This document shows positions 9,476 to 19,271 of a stretch of DNA of 64,000 nucleotides, one piece after another. The stretch is from assembly GCA_049282095.1 (NCBI GenBank), contig JBAPTI010000004.1, positions 1,770-65,769 of the forward strand. Direction: 5' to 3'. Within the stretch, counting starts at the first letter, position 1, and every line of letters begins with the position of its first letter. The notes under the pieces were generated by a model that saw only the letters and a program-made list of their open reading frames with translations, did not search any database and was not told the origin of the DNA. Position numbers and translations under genes: made by a program. The stretch is from Chthoniobacterales bacterium (GTDB lineage Bacteria > Verrucomicrobiota > Verrucomicrobiia > Chthoniobacterales > UBA6821).

Positions 9476-10639
9476 TCAGGCCACCAGCGAGTCGAGGTAG
9501 GCCGAGGGCTCGTAGCCCTCGATCAGAACCTCCTGCTGGTCGCCACGCTTCATCCGGACCTGCTTCACGAGGATTTCCGGGGTCTTGTGCGGGGCGAAGA
9601 GGATGTCGTCGTGGGTGGCGTGGCTTTTTTCGGCGAACATGGAGGGGACGAGATGTCCTCCGAGATGGTCGCTGCGGCCGGTGGCCACATGGACGGTGCC
9701 GCGGACCTTCTCATCCTGGATGTCACGCCCGCTGACGGGAAGCAGCTGCGTGCCGAGACCGAGTTCGCCGAGTTCGCCGGTGACGGGATCGGAGGAAAGC
9801 TTGGCATTGTGGGCGGCGATGGTCGCGGCGCTCCCCTTGATGAGTTCGGCCTTCACGATGCGGCCGCCCGTAACGGTCATGAGACCCAGGGTGCCGTCCT
9901 CGTATTTGTGGGGGAAGGCACCCTCGGCGCCCTCGGGAACAAAGTAGACTTCACCCGCAGGCAGATTCGCGACATCGGGCTCGTCGCCGAGGCAGAGACC
10001 GTGGCTCTTCTGGGCTTCCTGCCCGTTCAGGATGAGGCGAAGAAGATGATCCTTACCCTCGCAGGCAAACTCGATCTCGATCCAGTCAGCCTTGGTGACT
10101 CCTTGGCGAAGCTTTTCGGCCTCGACGCTCACATCGTTGTAATCGACCGCCAGTCCGCTTGAGAGGATCACTTCGTTCACCCCGTGCAGCGTGGCGCCGC
10201 GGAAGCCGTACTGCTTGGCAAAGGCGGTCAGAGGCGCGGTGGCCGAGAAGGTGGAGATGCAGAGAATGATGTCGTAGTTGGGGTAGACATCCTTGGAGAG
10301 GCTGACTTGCTTGCCGGAGGGATCGTAGGCCACGTCGGGAAGGTCCAGATTGCTGCCACCGGTCAGCTTGTAGGCGAAGATCTCCCCACCCTTGAGCCCC
10401 ATCCTGGCGAGGATTTCCGAGTTGAGCGGCTTGTGGAACGACTCCACGGCGTGTTTCTGGATCGTGAGCGCGGGATTCTTCAGGAAGGCGAAGTCCTTGA
10501 TCTCGGCGGGATTCTCCAGATCAATCAGGATGCAGAGGCGCTGACCGGGCTTCGGGCCGAAAGTGGTCGTGAGCAAGCGCTCGAGACTGAAGGGAGGAAA
10601 TTTGCGGGCCGCGATCCGCTGGGCGATGGGTAGGGTCAT
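9476..10639 (-). CDS. M29 (aminopeptidase T/PepS)-like metallopeptidase
   Basis: 387 aa. Segments NLPAGEVYFVPEG, GELGELGLGT, DEKVRGTVHVATG and ATHDDILF resemble conserved M29 blocks as I remember them. Not verified by search. Confidence 0.45.
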   Translation of the reverse strand: MTLPIAQRIAARKFPPFSLERLLTTTFGPKPGQRLCILIDLENPAEIKDFAFLKNPALTIQKHAVESFHKPLNSEILARMGLKGGEIFAYKLTGGSNLDLPDVAYDPSGKQVSLSKDVYPNYDIILCISTFSATAPLTAFAKQYGFRGATLHGVNEVILSSGLAVDYNDVSVEAEKLRQGVTKADWIEIEFACEGKDHLLRLILNGQEAQKSHGLCLGDEPDVANLPAGEVYFVPEGAEGAFPHKYEDGTLGLMTVTGGRIVKAELIKGSAATIAAHNAKLSSDPVTGELGELGLGTQLLPVSGRDIQDEKVRGTVHVATGRSDHLGGHLVPSMFAEKSHATHDDILFAPHKTPEILVKQVRMKRGDQQEVLIEGYEPSAYLDSLVA

Positions 10640-10652
10640 GGGGAGATCAAAT

Positions 10653-10681
10653 GCTGAAAGCTGAAAGCTGAAAAGCTGAAA
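10653..10681. repeat. Tandem heptamers (gctgaaa x4)
   Basis: gctgaaa gctgaaa gctgaaaa gctgaaa, 13 nt upstream of the minus-strand start codon at 10639. Confidence 0.9.
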
Positions 10682-10765
10682 CCATGCCGTGATGTAAAGA
10701 AATAGTCGCTTTGCTTAGTCAAGATGTCTTGGTGTTCTCCCGAAACCATGTCATGAAGGCATCCC

Positions 10766-10969
10766 ATGAAACCCCTCAGCAACCTCTGTTTCGTCCTGGG
10801 CCTCGCCTCCGTCATCGCCTCCATCGCCATCTGGTATTATGCCGGCGGCAAGGAAGCCACATTTGAGGCGCGCACCCACGGGGAACTCTTCGGGATCTTC
10901 GTCGGCCTCTGGGCCCCGACCTTCCTGATCCTCTCGAACCGCATCGCGCGCTTCGCCGAAGGGAAATAG
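10766..10969 (+). CDS. Small two-helix membrane protein, hypothetical
   Basis: 67 aa with two hydrophobic helices. Followed by a strong terminator. Confidence 0.4.
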   Translation: MKPLSNLCFVLGLASVIASIAIWYYAGGKEATFEARTHGELFGIFVGLWAPTFLILSNRIARFAEGK

Positions 10970-11004
10970 TTTCCAAGGCTCGCCTTGGAGCGCAAATTCA
11001 CGAA

Positions 11005-11038
11005 GAAGGCCGGGTCATTGACCCGGCCTTCTCTTTTT
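11005..11038 (+). terminator. Rho-independent terminator
   Basis: 12-bp perfect stem gaaggccgggtc / gacccggccttc with a 3-nt loop, then tcttttt. Confidence 0.85.
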
Positions 11039-11052
11039 CACAAAGTACCCGG

Positions 11053-12060
11053 GTGGATCCCAGTAGCTACCAACGCATCCGTCTTTGGGCCGGCATCACA
11101 TCGATCGGTGCCAATCTTGCGCTGATCTGGGGACTCGCCCTCAGTGCGTCTTTGTGGGGAAGTTGCGTCCATGGTCTTCTTGGGACTTCGGCGGCTCTGC
11201 TGGCCGTGGCACTGGTAGTGACTCTGGCAAACCTCCCGTTTGATTTTCTGACAGGAAACGCACTGGAGAGCGCTACGAATCGTCTCGGTCAATCCACGGC
11301 TGCTTGGCTCCAGGATTGGCTTCAAAACCGACTGCTCACGTTGGCAGGTCTTTGGACAGGATTCCTATTCTTCGCCGCGCTTTCTCAAGCACCGCGGCAA
11401 TGGGTTTTGCCCATGCTCCTCGCCGCAGGAGCGGTCATCCTGCTCCTTTTTCTGTTTGTTCCGGCGGGGCGCTTCTCCGAAGCAGGCTCCTCGGAGAAGG
11501 CTTTTGAGAACAATCTCCAGCTCGAATTGAAAGCGCTGGGGATGTCCTTGCGGCCCGTTCGCTGGTTTGATTCCGGTGACATGGAAACGGTCAATGGCTG
11601 CATCACTCCCCGTGGAGTCCTTTCCCTCTCCACTACGGTCGCCCAATGGCTTACTCCGCGGGAGGCTGCTCTTCTTGCGGCGAGGGAGGAATATTACCGC
11701 AGGTCGGGGGCATGGATCCTGATCTTGGTCATCGTGGCGGTCTGGACACTGCTGGGAATTCTGTTGGCATCTCTCCTGCCATGCGTGAATACGGTGCAGG
11801 CGGGACTGTTTGGAGCAGCCGTCATAACCACGTGGTGCTTTCTGGCACTCTTCGTCTGGCCAACACTTAACAGGCTCTGGATGTGGCGGGCCGATTCCTT
11901 CCTGGCCTCACTGGCAACTCCCGGGGAAGTCCGTGATCTCTTGTCCAAGATCGAACGGCTCAACGCCACGGATATCGCCCTCTCTCCCGCCAAGACGGCG
12001 GTCTTTCATCCCATCCCTCCTCTTCAGGAAAGGCTCTCTAACTTGGACCAACGAACATGA
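11053..12060 (+). CDS. Polytopic membrane protein, hypothetical
   Basis: GTG start, 335 aa, several hydrophobic segments. No catalytic motif recognised. Confidence 0.5.
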   Translation: MDPSSYQRIRLWAGITSIGANLALIWGLALSASLWGSCVHGLLGTSAALLAVALVVTLANLPFDFLTGNALESATNRLGQSTAAWLQDWLQNRLLTLAGLWTGFLFFAALSQAPRQWVLPMLLAAGAVILLLFLFVPAGRFSEAGSSEKAFENNLQLELKALGMSLRPVRWFDSGDMETVNGCITPRGVLSLSTTVAQWLTPREAALLAAREEYYRRSGAWILILVIVAVWTLLGILLASLLPCVNTVQAGLFGAAVITTWCFLALFVWPTLNRLWMWRADSFLASLATPGEVRDLLSKIERLNATDIALSPAKTAVFHPIPPLQERLSNLDQRT

Positions 12061-12175
12061 ACCAGATTCCCCGCCTGCTTTTCTTTGTGACCCGCTGGTT
12101 CGGGAACGCCATCGGGACCTCGCTGCATTGTCATGTCGGGAAACCCCGTTTCTGGAATCACCCCCCCAACTGGTC

Positions 12176-12793
12176 TTGAGTCAGGATCAGACATCCCTTT
12201 TCAAAGAAATCGATCGCCCTCTCCTGCAACGGGATGGTGTCGTGGAATATACGCCAGCTCTCTTTGACTCCATCGAGTCGGAAGACCTTTTCAGGGAGTT
12301 GCTGGCTACGACTCCTTGGGAGAATGATCAGGTGATTCTCTTTGGCCGGAGAAGGGTCCTTTCCCGCAAGGTCGCGTGGATGGGGGATGCCGGCTTCACC
12401 TATTCCTATTCGGGCACCAGCAAGACTGCCTCCCTATGGAGTCCTGCGTTATGGCTCATCAGGGAGCGTGTCGAGCAGTTGTGCGCCCATCGCTTTAACT
12501 CCTGCCTGCTGAATCTCTACCATGACGGCTCCGAAGGGATGGGGTGGCACAGCGATGATGAGAAGACCCTGGGTCGAAATCCCGTGATCGCCTCCGTGAG
12601 CTTCGGAGCGGAAAGGATCTTCAAGCTGAAGCACCGCAAGTCCGGTGAGGTCGTCTCCGTGCTCCTTGAAGATGGCAGCCTGCTGGTGATGAAAGGGGAG
12701 ACCCAGCATCACTGGGTTCATACGATGCCCAAGACCAAGAAAATCACCACGCCCCGGATCAACCTGACTTTCCGGACATTTCTCGGCCGATAG
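12176..12793 (+). CDS. alkB: Fe(II)/2-oxoglutarate-dependent dioxygenase AlkB (alkylation repair)
   Basis: HxD (WHSDDE), distal His (HHWVH) and RINLTFR motifs. No in-frame ATG lies between the upstream gene end (12060) and the domain. TTG 12176 is chosen; TTG 12128 and GTG 12242 are alternatives. Confidence 0.75.
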   Translation: MSQDQTSLFKEIDRPLLQRDGVVEYTPALFDSIESEDLFRELLATTPWENDQVILFGRRRVLSRKVAWMGDAGFTYSYSGTSKTASLWSPALWLIRERVEQLCAHRFNSCLLNLYHDGSEGMGWHSDDEKTLGRNPVIASVSFGAERIFKLKHRKSGEVVSVLLEDGSLLVMKGETQHHWVHTMPKTKKITTPRINLTFRTFLGR

Positions 12794-12799
12794 AATTCC

Positions 12800-13099
12800 A
12801 TGAAGGTTCAAATCCATGCCGATCAGATCTCACTGGTGATCCGCCTCGCATGGGAGGATCGGACCACGTTTGAAGAAATAAAAACACGCACCGGTCTTGC
12901 AGAGCATGAGGTGATCGACATCATGCGCCGCGAACTCAAGCCTTCCAGTTTTGCCATGTGGCGCAAGCGAGTTGCGGGTCGGGTCACCAAACACCGAAAA
13001 CTTCTCGAGAGGCGTCTCAAATCCCCAAGCCGAACTTTCAGCGAATCGGAGGAAGACGAAATCGAGGCTGATGAACCCAAATCAAAAGATCCGAGTTGA
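12800..13099 (+). CDS. DUF2805 / TIGR03643-family small protein (photolyase-neighbourhood protein)
   Basis: 99 aa. Motif LAWEDRTTFEEI...MRRELKPSSFAMWRKRV matches my recollection of DUF2805. Confidence 0.55.
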   Translation: MKVQIHADQISLVIRLAWEDRTTFEEIKTRTGLAEHEVIDIMRRELKPSSFAMWRKRVAGRVTKHRKLLERRLKSPSRTFSESEEDEIEADEPKSKDPS

Positions 13100-13362
13100 A
13101 TGGGCGCTTCCTGATACCATCTCCACTCTTATTCCGGTGAAATCAGCTGGTTCTTTCGGCGATGGGCGTTGTTGTCATCCCTCGGGTTATCTACAGATTG
13201 ATGGCATCCGCCTACCGGTGGACGGTGCCACCTCTTCGAGGCTGCGGCATCAACCGCAGTCTTCCGCACCCGTCCCCACGGGCTTGGTTGCCCTCGGTCT
13301 TCCGCCTAGCCCATCACCAAAATCCCTTCGCTAATTCCACCAGACTAATCATGGAAATGGTA

Positions 13363-14583
13363 TTAAGCAAAATGACGAAGGACGATGGGAATCTGTTCTT
13401 TGAACCTGAAGAATCCATGCGTGGCATGAGGCCAGAGGGCATCATCCCAGTCTCTTCGTAGTCTCCGCACGGCCACTCCCTGCTGCTTCAGGAGCGAGAG
13501 CAAGGGATCCATGATCTGCCGAGTCGGCCCCACCGTGGCCCCCATCATGCTGACGGTAGAAGTTCCACCAACATGATGGCCCTGCAGAAGCCTGCTCATA
13601 TTTTCCCACTGCGTCCCCATCGTCCCCATCGTCCTGCTAAGGAGCGTCACCGAGGAGTAGCCCGATGCCACCAGTCGTTCCTTGGTTGACTCAAGAGCCT
13701 TCCGCTTGAAGGTCGTCACATTGCTTGAGATCCCGGCAGTGGCGTCAGCTGCATCAATCAGAATCACTCCCGACACATCGGCCCTCGGGACACACCAACT
13801 CTCCGGAGAGAGATCCTCCTCGGTGACTAGCAGAACCGTTTTCTCTCCGGGCACATGAGTCTCTCGGGTAGGAAGCAGCTGTGCTTTCGGAATGGAATGA
13901 TCCGTAGGAATCGGCGGGGCCTCTGTTGACAGGAGTCCAAAGGGGGCGTAACGCCCCCCCGTGTATCGCTCAATATTCTCTGCGCTCGCCACATAGACTT
14001 TTCCCTGAGTCTGTAATCCGCAGACCCAGCGCCACGAGAGGGCATTGGAAGCCGGGTCCCCGTCCAGAAGGTGGCGCATGAAGAAATCGGCTCCCAGTTG
14101 CCATGGCAGGCGAAGCGTGTGAATCCAAATGCTCGCAAACCACATTCTGACATGGTTGTGAAGATACCCTGTCGACCGAAGCTCTTTTGCCCACTCATCC
14201 AGACAGTCGATGCCCGTGCGCCCCTCCTCGGCCGATGCAACCCTCGCGGCTATCTCCGGATCGCGGTCCGTTGCAGCCCGCAGGGTGGCGAGATCTTGGA
14301 GATAGTTCTTCCAAACGTCGGGACGGAGCTCGAGCCATCCCTTCCAATAGGTGCGCCAGAAGACCTCCTGCAGGAACTTTTCCGCCGCCTCTTAGGGGTG
14401 CCGCTGCAGGACCGCGACAGCGATCTCCTCCTCGGTGATGAGTCGATGGCGGATGTAGGGAGAGAGCCCGGAAACCGTTCCGGAAACGTGGTTTCGACGC
14501 TCTGCATAGTCCCTTCCCGCAAAGGGCAAAAAATCTTCCAACCGCCGCAGACCCTCCTCCCGGGTTGGCTGTGGTCTCGTCAT
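13363..14583 (-). pseudogene. Photolyase-family FAD-binding-domain protein interrupted by one in-frame TAA
   Basis: ORFs 14392..14583 and 13363..14145 are in the same frame. My translation across the gap reads ...AVAVLQRHP*EAAEKFLQEVFWRTYWKGWLELRPDVW...HNHVRMWFASIW..., with TAA at 14392-14394 as the only stop. Motifs GLSPYIRHRLI and DGDPASNALSWRW. Confidence 0.7.
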
Positions 14584-15548
14584 CGCGGTGGCGTCGTGAG
14601 AAAGCGCTCCGGCACGCCGCAGGCCGCGCCGAGGATGCTTCCGACGACGGCGCCCCGGTGGCAGTTGTCCCCGCCGACCATGGCATTGGCCACGATGCCG
14701 GCCACGAAGTCAGTGTGGTATTTCCAGACCAGGTAGAGCGATGCAGGCATCGCGTCGGCGATGTAGCAGGCGGGGCTGAAGCGGGAACCGATCACGTGCT
14801 CGTCAGGTTGATGGAGCCAGGAGTCGGATTTCTTCCCCGAGATCCAGTCGCCCGCTTCGCGGCGGATCAGTTCGTGCACAGACTCTCCGTGGGCGATCCC
14901 CCAGAGCAGACGGACCAGGGTGTCGGCGGCCCGGAGGACATTGGCGTGGGCATGGGTCAGGCCGACATGTTCCTTCACGATGGCCCGCAGTTCCGGGAGC
15001 GGCATCCCTTCCAAGGCGCAGCAGAGAGCGGGCACGGTGGCCAGACCTCCGATGTGCTCGTCGCTGATCCCGCACTTCCGAGGTTTCTTTCCCTGCGCGT
15101 AGCGGGTGAAGAATGCCCGGTGATACTCCTCCACATAGGTGTCGCGATGCCAGCCGGGTTCCAGCATGCGGGCAATGTAGCGCTCCAGCCATGCATCGGG
15201 ATCGTATCCACCCCGCTCCTTCACGAATTCAAAGAGCTCCCGGGCCAGCCGGAAGTTCAGAGTGTTCTCACCCGCCTTGAGAAACTGGTGGTAGTGGATT
15301 CCCCGTTGACCCCAGTACCGCGCCTGCTCTCGGAGGATATCCCCCTTTTCGTTGAGAGCATGGTATTCCGAACGCCAGAGAATGCTTCCGGGATGGGGAT
15401 TCTTAGGGTCAAGGAAGTGGTCGACAACACCGTAGTCGCGTCGAAGCGCGGCCGTGTCGTAGTACCAGTGAACGGGCATCGCCAGCGCATCCGCAGCAAG
15501 CGAGCCGAGGTATCCCTGATGCCACCGTGAGCCCGAATCTTCCGTCAT
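14580..15548 (-). CDS. ADP-ribosylglycohydrolase family protein
   Basis: 322 aa. N-terminal GSLAADALAMPVHWYY and C-terminal GGDNCHRGAVVGSILGA. Stop overlaps the start of the downstream photolyase-like gene by 4 nt. Confidence 0.75.
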   Translation of the reverse strand: MTEDSGSRWHQGYLGSLAADALAMPVHWYYDTAALRRDYGVVDHFLDPKNPHPGSILWRSEYHALNEKGDILREQARYWGQRGIHYHQFLKAGENTLNFRLARELFEFVKERGGYDPDAWLERYIARMLEPGWHRDTYVEEYHRAFFTRYAQGKKPRKCGISDEHIGGLATVPALCCALEGMPLPELRAIVKEHVGLTHAHANVLRAADTLVRLLWGIAHGESVHELIRREAGDWISGKKSDSWLHQPDEHVIGSRFSPACYIADAMPASLYLVWKYHTDFVAGIVANAMVGGDNCHRGAVVGSILGAACGVPERFLTTPPR

Positions 15549-15576
15549 GACGTGATCCTCATGCGGTGATCAGTGT

Positions 15577-16923
15577 TCACGCTGTGATCCATCCGGGAAG
15601 CTCGACTTTCACCCGCGCGCGCAGGCGGCCGAGCAGGCTGTAGAGCCCGAAGAAGGCGCGGTTCACATAGATCGTGTCGGGAGAGCCACGCTGGCCGCGC
15701 ATCGTTCGCAGATGGTCGGCGCGGCGGTTCTCCTCGCCGAGGTCATAGATCGCCTTCAGGAACGCGGGATCGCCGAAGTCGAAGTTTCCATCCCGGAAGG
15801 GACGCGCAAGCAACTCCAGCCATGCCATGCAGAGGGAGGTGATCATCGCGATCTGATCCGGGCCATCCCCGGGGAGGATCACGTCGAGCATGAGCAGCGC
15901 CTGCCGCAGAAGTTCGGGGTCGCTTTCCAAGCGGGGGTCCAGGAAGCGGAACTGCTTGCGGTAAAACTCCTCCGGGATCTTTTTCGTGCAACCGAAGTCG
16001 AGCACCCAGAGTTCCCCTTCCTTCACGAGGAAGTTCCCGGGATGAGGGTCGGCGTGGAAGAGCAGCAGTTCATGAACCTGATGGCTGTAGAAATCCCAGA
16101 GTGCCTGGCCGATGCGGTCGCGCTCTTTCGGTGATGCCGTGCCATCAGCAAAATGGTCGAGCGGCATTCCGTCGATCCAGTCGGAAGTGAGGATCCTGCC
16201 CGTCGAGAGTTCCGGGTGATAGGAGGGGAATCGCACCCCCTCCAGATGAGCGGAAGCCTTGGTCAGCTCCACCGACCTTGTGAGCTCGTGGCCGTAGTCG
16301 GTCTCCTCGAGCAGGCGGGTCTCCACCTCGCGGAAGTAGGAATCCACATCAGCCTCCCGGAGGCCGAGGATCCGGAGAGCAATCGGCTTCACGACGGCGA
16401 GGTCGCTCTTGAGGCTCTGCGCCACGCCGGGATACTGGACCTTGACCGCGTAGTCGCGGCCCTTGAGCCGCGCCCGATGCACCTGTCCGATGGAAGCGCC
16501 GTGCGAAGCCTTTTTCTCGAAGTGGTCGAAGAGATCCTCCGGACCCTTGCCGAACTCCCGCTGGAACGTCCGCGCCACCAGCGGATAGGAGAGAGGAGGC
16601 ACGGAGGACTGGGCCTGGGCGAACTGACGGGCGTAGGCGGCGGGGAGCAGGTTCTTGTCGATGCTGAGCATCTGGGCGAGCTTGAGCGGCCCGCCCTTCA
16701 GTTTGCTGAAGGTCTCGTAGACGGTCGCCGCATTCTTCTCGTCGAGATTTTCACGAAGCTTCCGGCGGCGCTCGGCATCCTTCCCGCCGACCATCGACCG
16801 GCCGTAGTGCTTCAGGTAATTGACCCCGACGCGGGCCCCTGCCCCGCCGAGCGCAGCCATGCGCCCCACAGCTCCGGCCCGGATGGTCTCCTGTTCCCTC
16901 TTTGCTGACTCGGTGCCCTTCAC
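15577..16923 (-). CDS. ABC1/UbiB-family atypical kinase
   Basis: ABC1 domain features (AVKVQYPGV, HADPHPGNF, LDFG). GTG 16923 lies 4 nt after the TetR stop; ATG 16860 is the alternative. Confidence 0.75.
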   Translation of the reverse strand: MKGTESAKREQETIRAGAVGRMAALGGAGARVGVNYLKHYGRSMVGGKDAERRRKLRENLDEKNAATVYETFSKLKGGPLKLAQMLSIDKNLLPAAYARQFAQAQSSVPPLSYPLVARTFQREFGKGPEDLFDHFEKKASHGASIGQVHRARLKGRDYAVKVQYPGVAQSLKSDLAVVKPIALRILGLREADVDSYFREVETRLLEETDYGHELTRSVELTKASAHLEGVRFPSYHPELSTGRILTSDWIDGMPLDHFADGTASPKERDRIGQALWDFYSHQVHELLLFHADPHPGNFLVKEGELWVLDFGCTKKIPEEFYRKQFRFLDPRLESDPELLRQALLMLDVILPGDGPDQIAMITSLCMAWLELLARPFRDGNFDFGDPAFLKAIYDLGEENRRADHLRTMRGQRGSPDTIYVNRAFFGLYSLLGRLRARVKVELPGWITA

Positions 16924-16927
16924 GGGG

Positions 16928-17659
16928 TCACTTGCCTTTCCCGGCACACCACGGATTACCGGGCAACAGGAAGCGGAGCAGGTCGGCAGCCGAGTCGAGC
17001 GCCTGTGAACGGAAGAGATCGAAGGCAAGGGTCACCGTCTTCTCGATGAAGGCATCGGTCCGCTCGAAACCCTCGCTCTCATCCTTGAGATACTGGTCGA
17101 TCACCCAGCGCAGGTGGACGTAGAGGATGCCGGGATAGAGATTCGTCAGGCCGCGCCGTTCCGCGATCTCACCCGAGGAGGTGCCGTGGTCGATGATCCG
17201 CCGGGCGAACTCCAGGAACTCCGCGCGCATCCCTTCCAGGGCGGCGGGATGGGCGAGCGGCGAGATGTCATGGAACCGCTCCAGCAGGAGCGAGCGCCGC
17301 TCCGCCCCGGACTGCGTCAGCGCAAAGAGGAAGGCGAGGTAGCGCTCGCGGGCGGTGAAGTCCTGCCAGTCGCCGCCCTCCTCCACGGCGGAGATCACGT
17401 CCGAGATCCAATGACGCCAGAAGGCCTTCTCCACGGCGTGGAGCGAGGGAAAGTGCTTGTAGAAGATCGACTCGGTGATCGCGAGATGCCTGCAGAAGCG
17501 GGCCACCGATCGCGGGGGTGCCCCCTCTTCCTCCCAATACTCCGCGAAAGCCTTCAGAATCTTCCCGCGGAGGTTCTTGGATTCACGGTCAGAGGGTGAG
17601 GAAACGCTTTTGGTGGAACGCTTGGTTGCCATTGATCGGAATCTTACTCCATCGGCCAA
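16928..17659 (-). CDS. TetR/AcrR-family transcriptional regulator
   Basis: N-terminal HTH (SVARFCRHLAITESIFYKHFPS) with an all-helical C-terminal domain. Start may be ATG 17632. Confidence 0.7.
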   Translation of the reverse strand: MADGVRFRSMATKRSTKSVSSPSDRESKNLRGKILKAFAEYWEEEGAPPRSVARFCRHLAITESIFYKHFPSLHAVEKAFWRHWISDVISAVEEGGDWQDFTARERYLAFLFALTQSGAERRSLLLERFHDISPLAHPAALEGMRAEFLEFARRIIDHGTSSGEIAERRGLTNLYPGILYVHLRWVIDQYLKDESEGFERTDAFIEKTVTLAFDLFRSQALDSAADLLRFLLPGNPWCAGKGK

Positions 17660-17773
17660 GAATGAGCAATCAACCTGTCGGCTTTGAGCGGTTTAGACTG
17701 GAGGCGGAAGTGCTGAAATCCCGAGGAACTTCATTTTCACACTCCGCCCAACGGGGCTACATTCCGGTGACGT

Positions 17774-18766
17774 ATGAACCACCGAGGTGACGCCATGGAG
17801 GTCAGGCTCAGGAACGGGATTCACCTTCCCGGATGCGGTCTCTGGCTCGATCCCAAGCGGAAGTCTCCCATCGGGGTGGTCTCCCACGCCCACAGTGACC
17901 ATGCGGGGTGGCATGAGGTCACCATTGCCACTCCTGCAACCATGGATCTGATGAGGGCGAGGAAGCCGCCTCCGGCAGGCATCACCCTTGTCGAGTTGCC
18001 TTACCGGGAGACCTTCACGACGGATCGGGCCAGGATCACCCTGATCCCGGCGGGACATGTGCTCGGATCAGCCCAGGTGCTGGTCGAGACGGAAGAGGGA
18101 AGCCTGCTCTACACGGGTGACTTCAAGAGGGGTGAGAGCCTTACCTGCGAGGCGGCCGCATCGGTGCGGGCGGGGACGCTTGTGACGGAGTGCACCTTCG
18201 GTCGCAGCCGGTATGCCTTTCCTCCGATCGAGGAGACACGGGATAGGATCGTCGGATTCTGCAACAGGGTGCTGATGGAAGGGGAGACGCCGGTGCTACT
18301 GGCCTACTCGCTCGGAAAGTCCCAGGAACTCATGGCAATCCTGTCCAGGGAGGGAATCAGTCCCGTGATCCATGAATCCGTCGCCGCAATGAGCGCAGTC
18401 TACGCCAAGCACGGGGTGGATCTCGGCTCCCACATCATCTGGAACGGCCGGAACCACGGGGGGAGGGTGATGATCATTCCTCCGAACGCACGCAGGCGTC
18501 TCGCCGCGCTTGGAAACATCCGGAGCGCGATCTTGAGCGGTTGGGCGCTGAATGCGGATGCCGTTTACCGCTACGGATGCGACGAGGCAATTCCTCTCTC
18601 CGATCATGCGGATCATGGCGAACTCATCGAGCACGTCGAGGAGGTGGGTGCGCGCCGCGTCTACACGGTGCACGGCTTCACCGAGGAATTTGCCGGTGAC
18701 TTGAGATATCTGGGGATGGATGCGCTCGCTCTGGGCGGAGGAAATCAATTGGAACTCCTGCGCTGA
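17774..18766 (+). CDS. MBL-fold / beta-CASP-like hydrolase (resembles ligase-associated DNA-damage-response exonuclease)
   Basis: HxHxDH motif (SHAHSDHAG), about 330 aa, C-terminal SDHADH. No ligase or Lhr gene is adjacent in this window. Confidence 0.5.
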   Translation: MNHRGDAMEVRLRNGIHLPGCGLWLDPKRKSPIGVVSHAHSDHAGWHEVTIATPATMDLMRARKPPPAGITLVELPYRETFTTDRARITLIPAGHVLGSAQVLVETEEGSLLYTGDFKRGESLTCEAAASVRAGTLVTECTFGRSRYAFPPIEETRDRIVGFCNRVLMEGETPVLLAYSLGKSQELMAILSREGISPVIHESVAAMSAVYAKHGVDLGSHIIWNGRNHGGRVMIIPPNARRRLAALGNIRSAILSGWALNADAVYRYGCDEAIPLSDHADHGELIEHVEEVGARRVYTVHGFTEEFAGDLRYLGMDALALGGGNQLELLR

Positions 18767-18897
18767 GAAATTTGGTTCCTCGCTTTTTGGAGCGGGCGGC
18801 CAAGAGGCCGATTCGATGCAGGGCGGTCTCCTTGGCCCGGATCCCGGGAGAGGGAAATTCCCTTTCATTTTCAAGCGGGATGCACTTAGGTGGGTTC

Positions 18898-19260
18898 ATG
18901 GACTTACTCCGTATTATACTCCAGGTCGTGGTGGGTCTCGGAATTTTGAATGTGTGGCTCATCCGCGCCAATTGGTCGACCGGATACCGGGGCGGAGAGG
19001 CCAAGACCTTGAAGGAGGAGTTTGCCACCTATGGACTCCCCGTCTGGTTCTACTATCTGGTCGGCACCCTCAAGATCGTTTGTGCCCTCGCCCTGTTGGC
19101 CGGGATTTGGATTCCTCCTCTGGCGACGCTCGGAGCTGCCGGGATGGCGGTGCTGATGGCGGGAGCCTTTTCCATGCACTTGAAGGTGAGGGACCCGTTC
19201 AAGAAGGCCATCCCCTCGCTTGCCATGCTCGTCATGGCTCTTGTGATCGCCTTCCTGTAA
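18898..19260 (+). CDS. DoxX-family membrane protein
   Basis: ATG 18898 (MDLLRIILQ...), four hydrophobic helices, about 120 aa. Confidence 0.55.
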   Translation: MDLLRIILQVVVGLGILNVWLIRANWSTGYRGGEAKTLKEEFATYGLPVWFYYLVGTLKIVCALALLAGIWIPPLATLGAAGMAVLMAGAFSMHLKVRDPFKKAIPSLAMLVMALVIAFL

Positions 19261-19271
19261 AACCTCTCTCG

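Noticed and set aside
1100-10681. Heptamer arrays considered as CRISPR-like or minisatellite arrays
   Set aside because: The units are 7 nt with no spacers, there are 3-5 copies only, and no cas genes are present. They are not CRISPR. They are kept as a boundary-repeat observation instead.
14565-15530. 321-aa plus-strand ORF. Similar antisense ORFs occur at 116..868, 4274..5047, 6435..7427, 7953..8825, 19978..21543 and 22240..23046.
   Set aside because: Each is antisense to a gene with strong family motifs. These are high-GC stop-free shadow frames.
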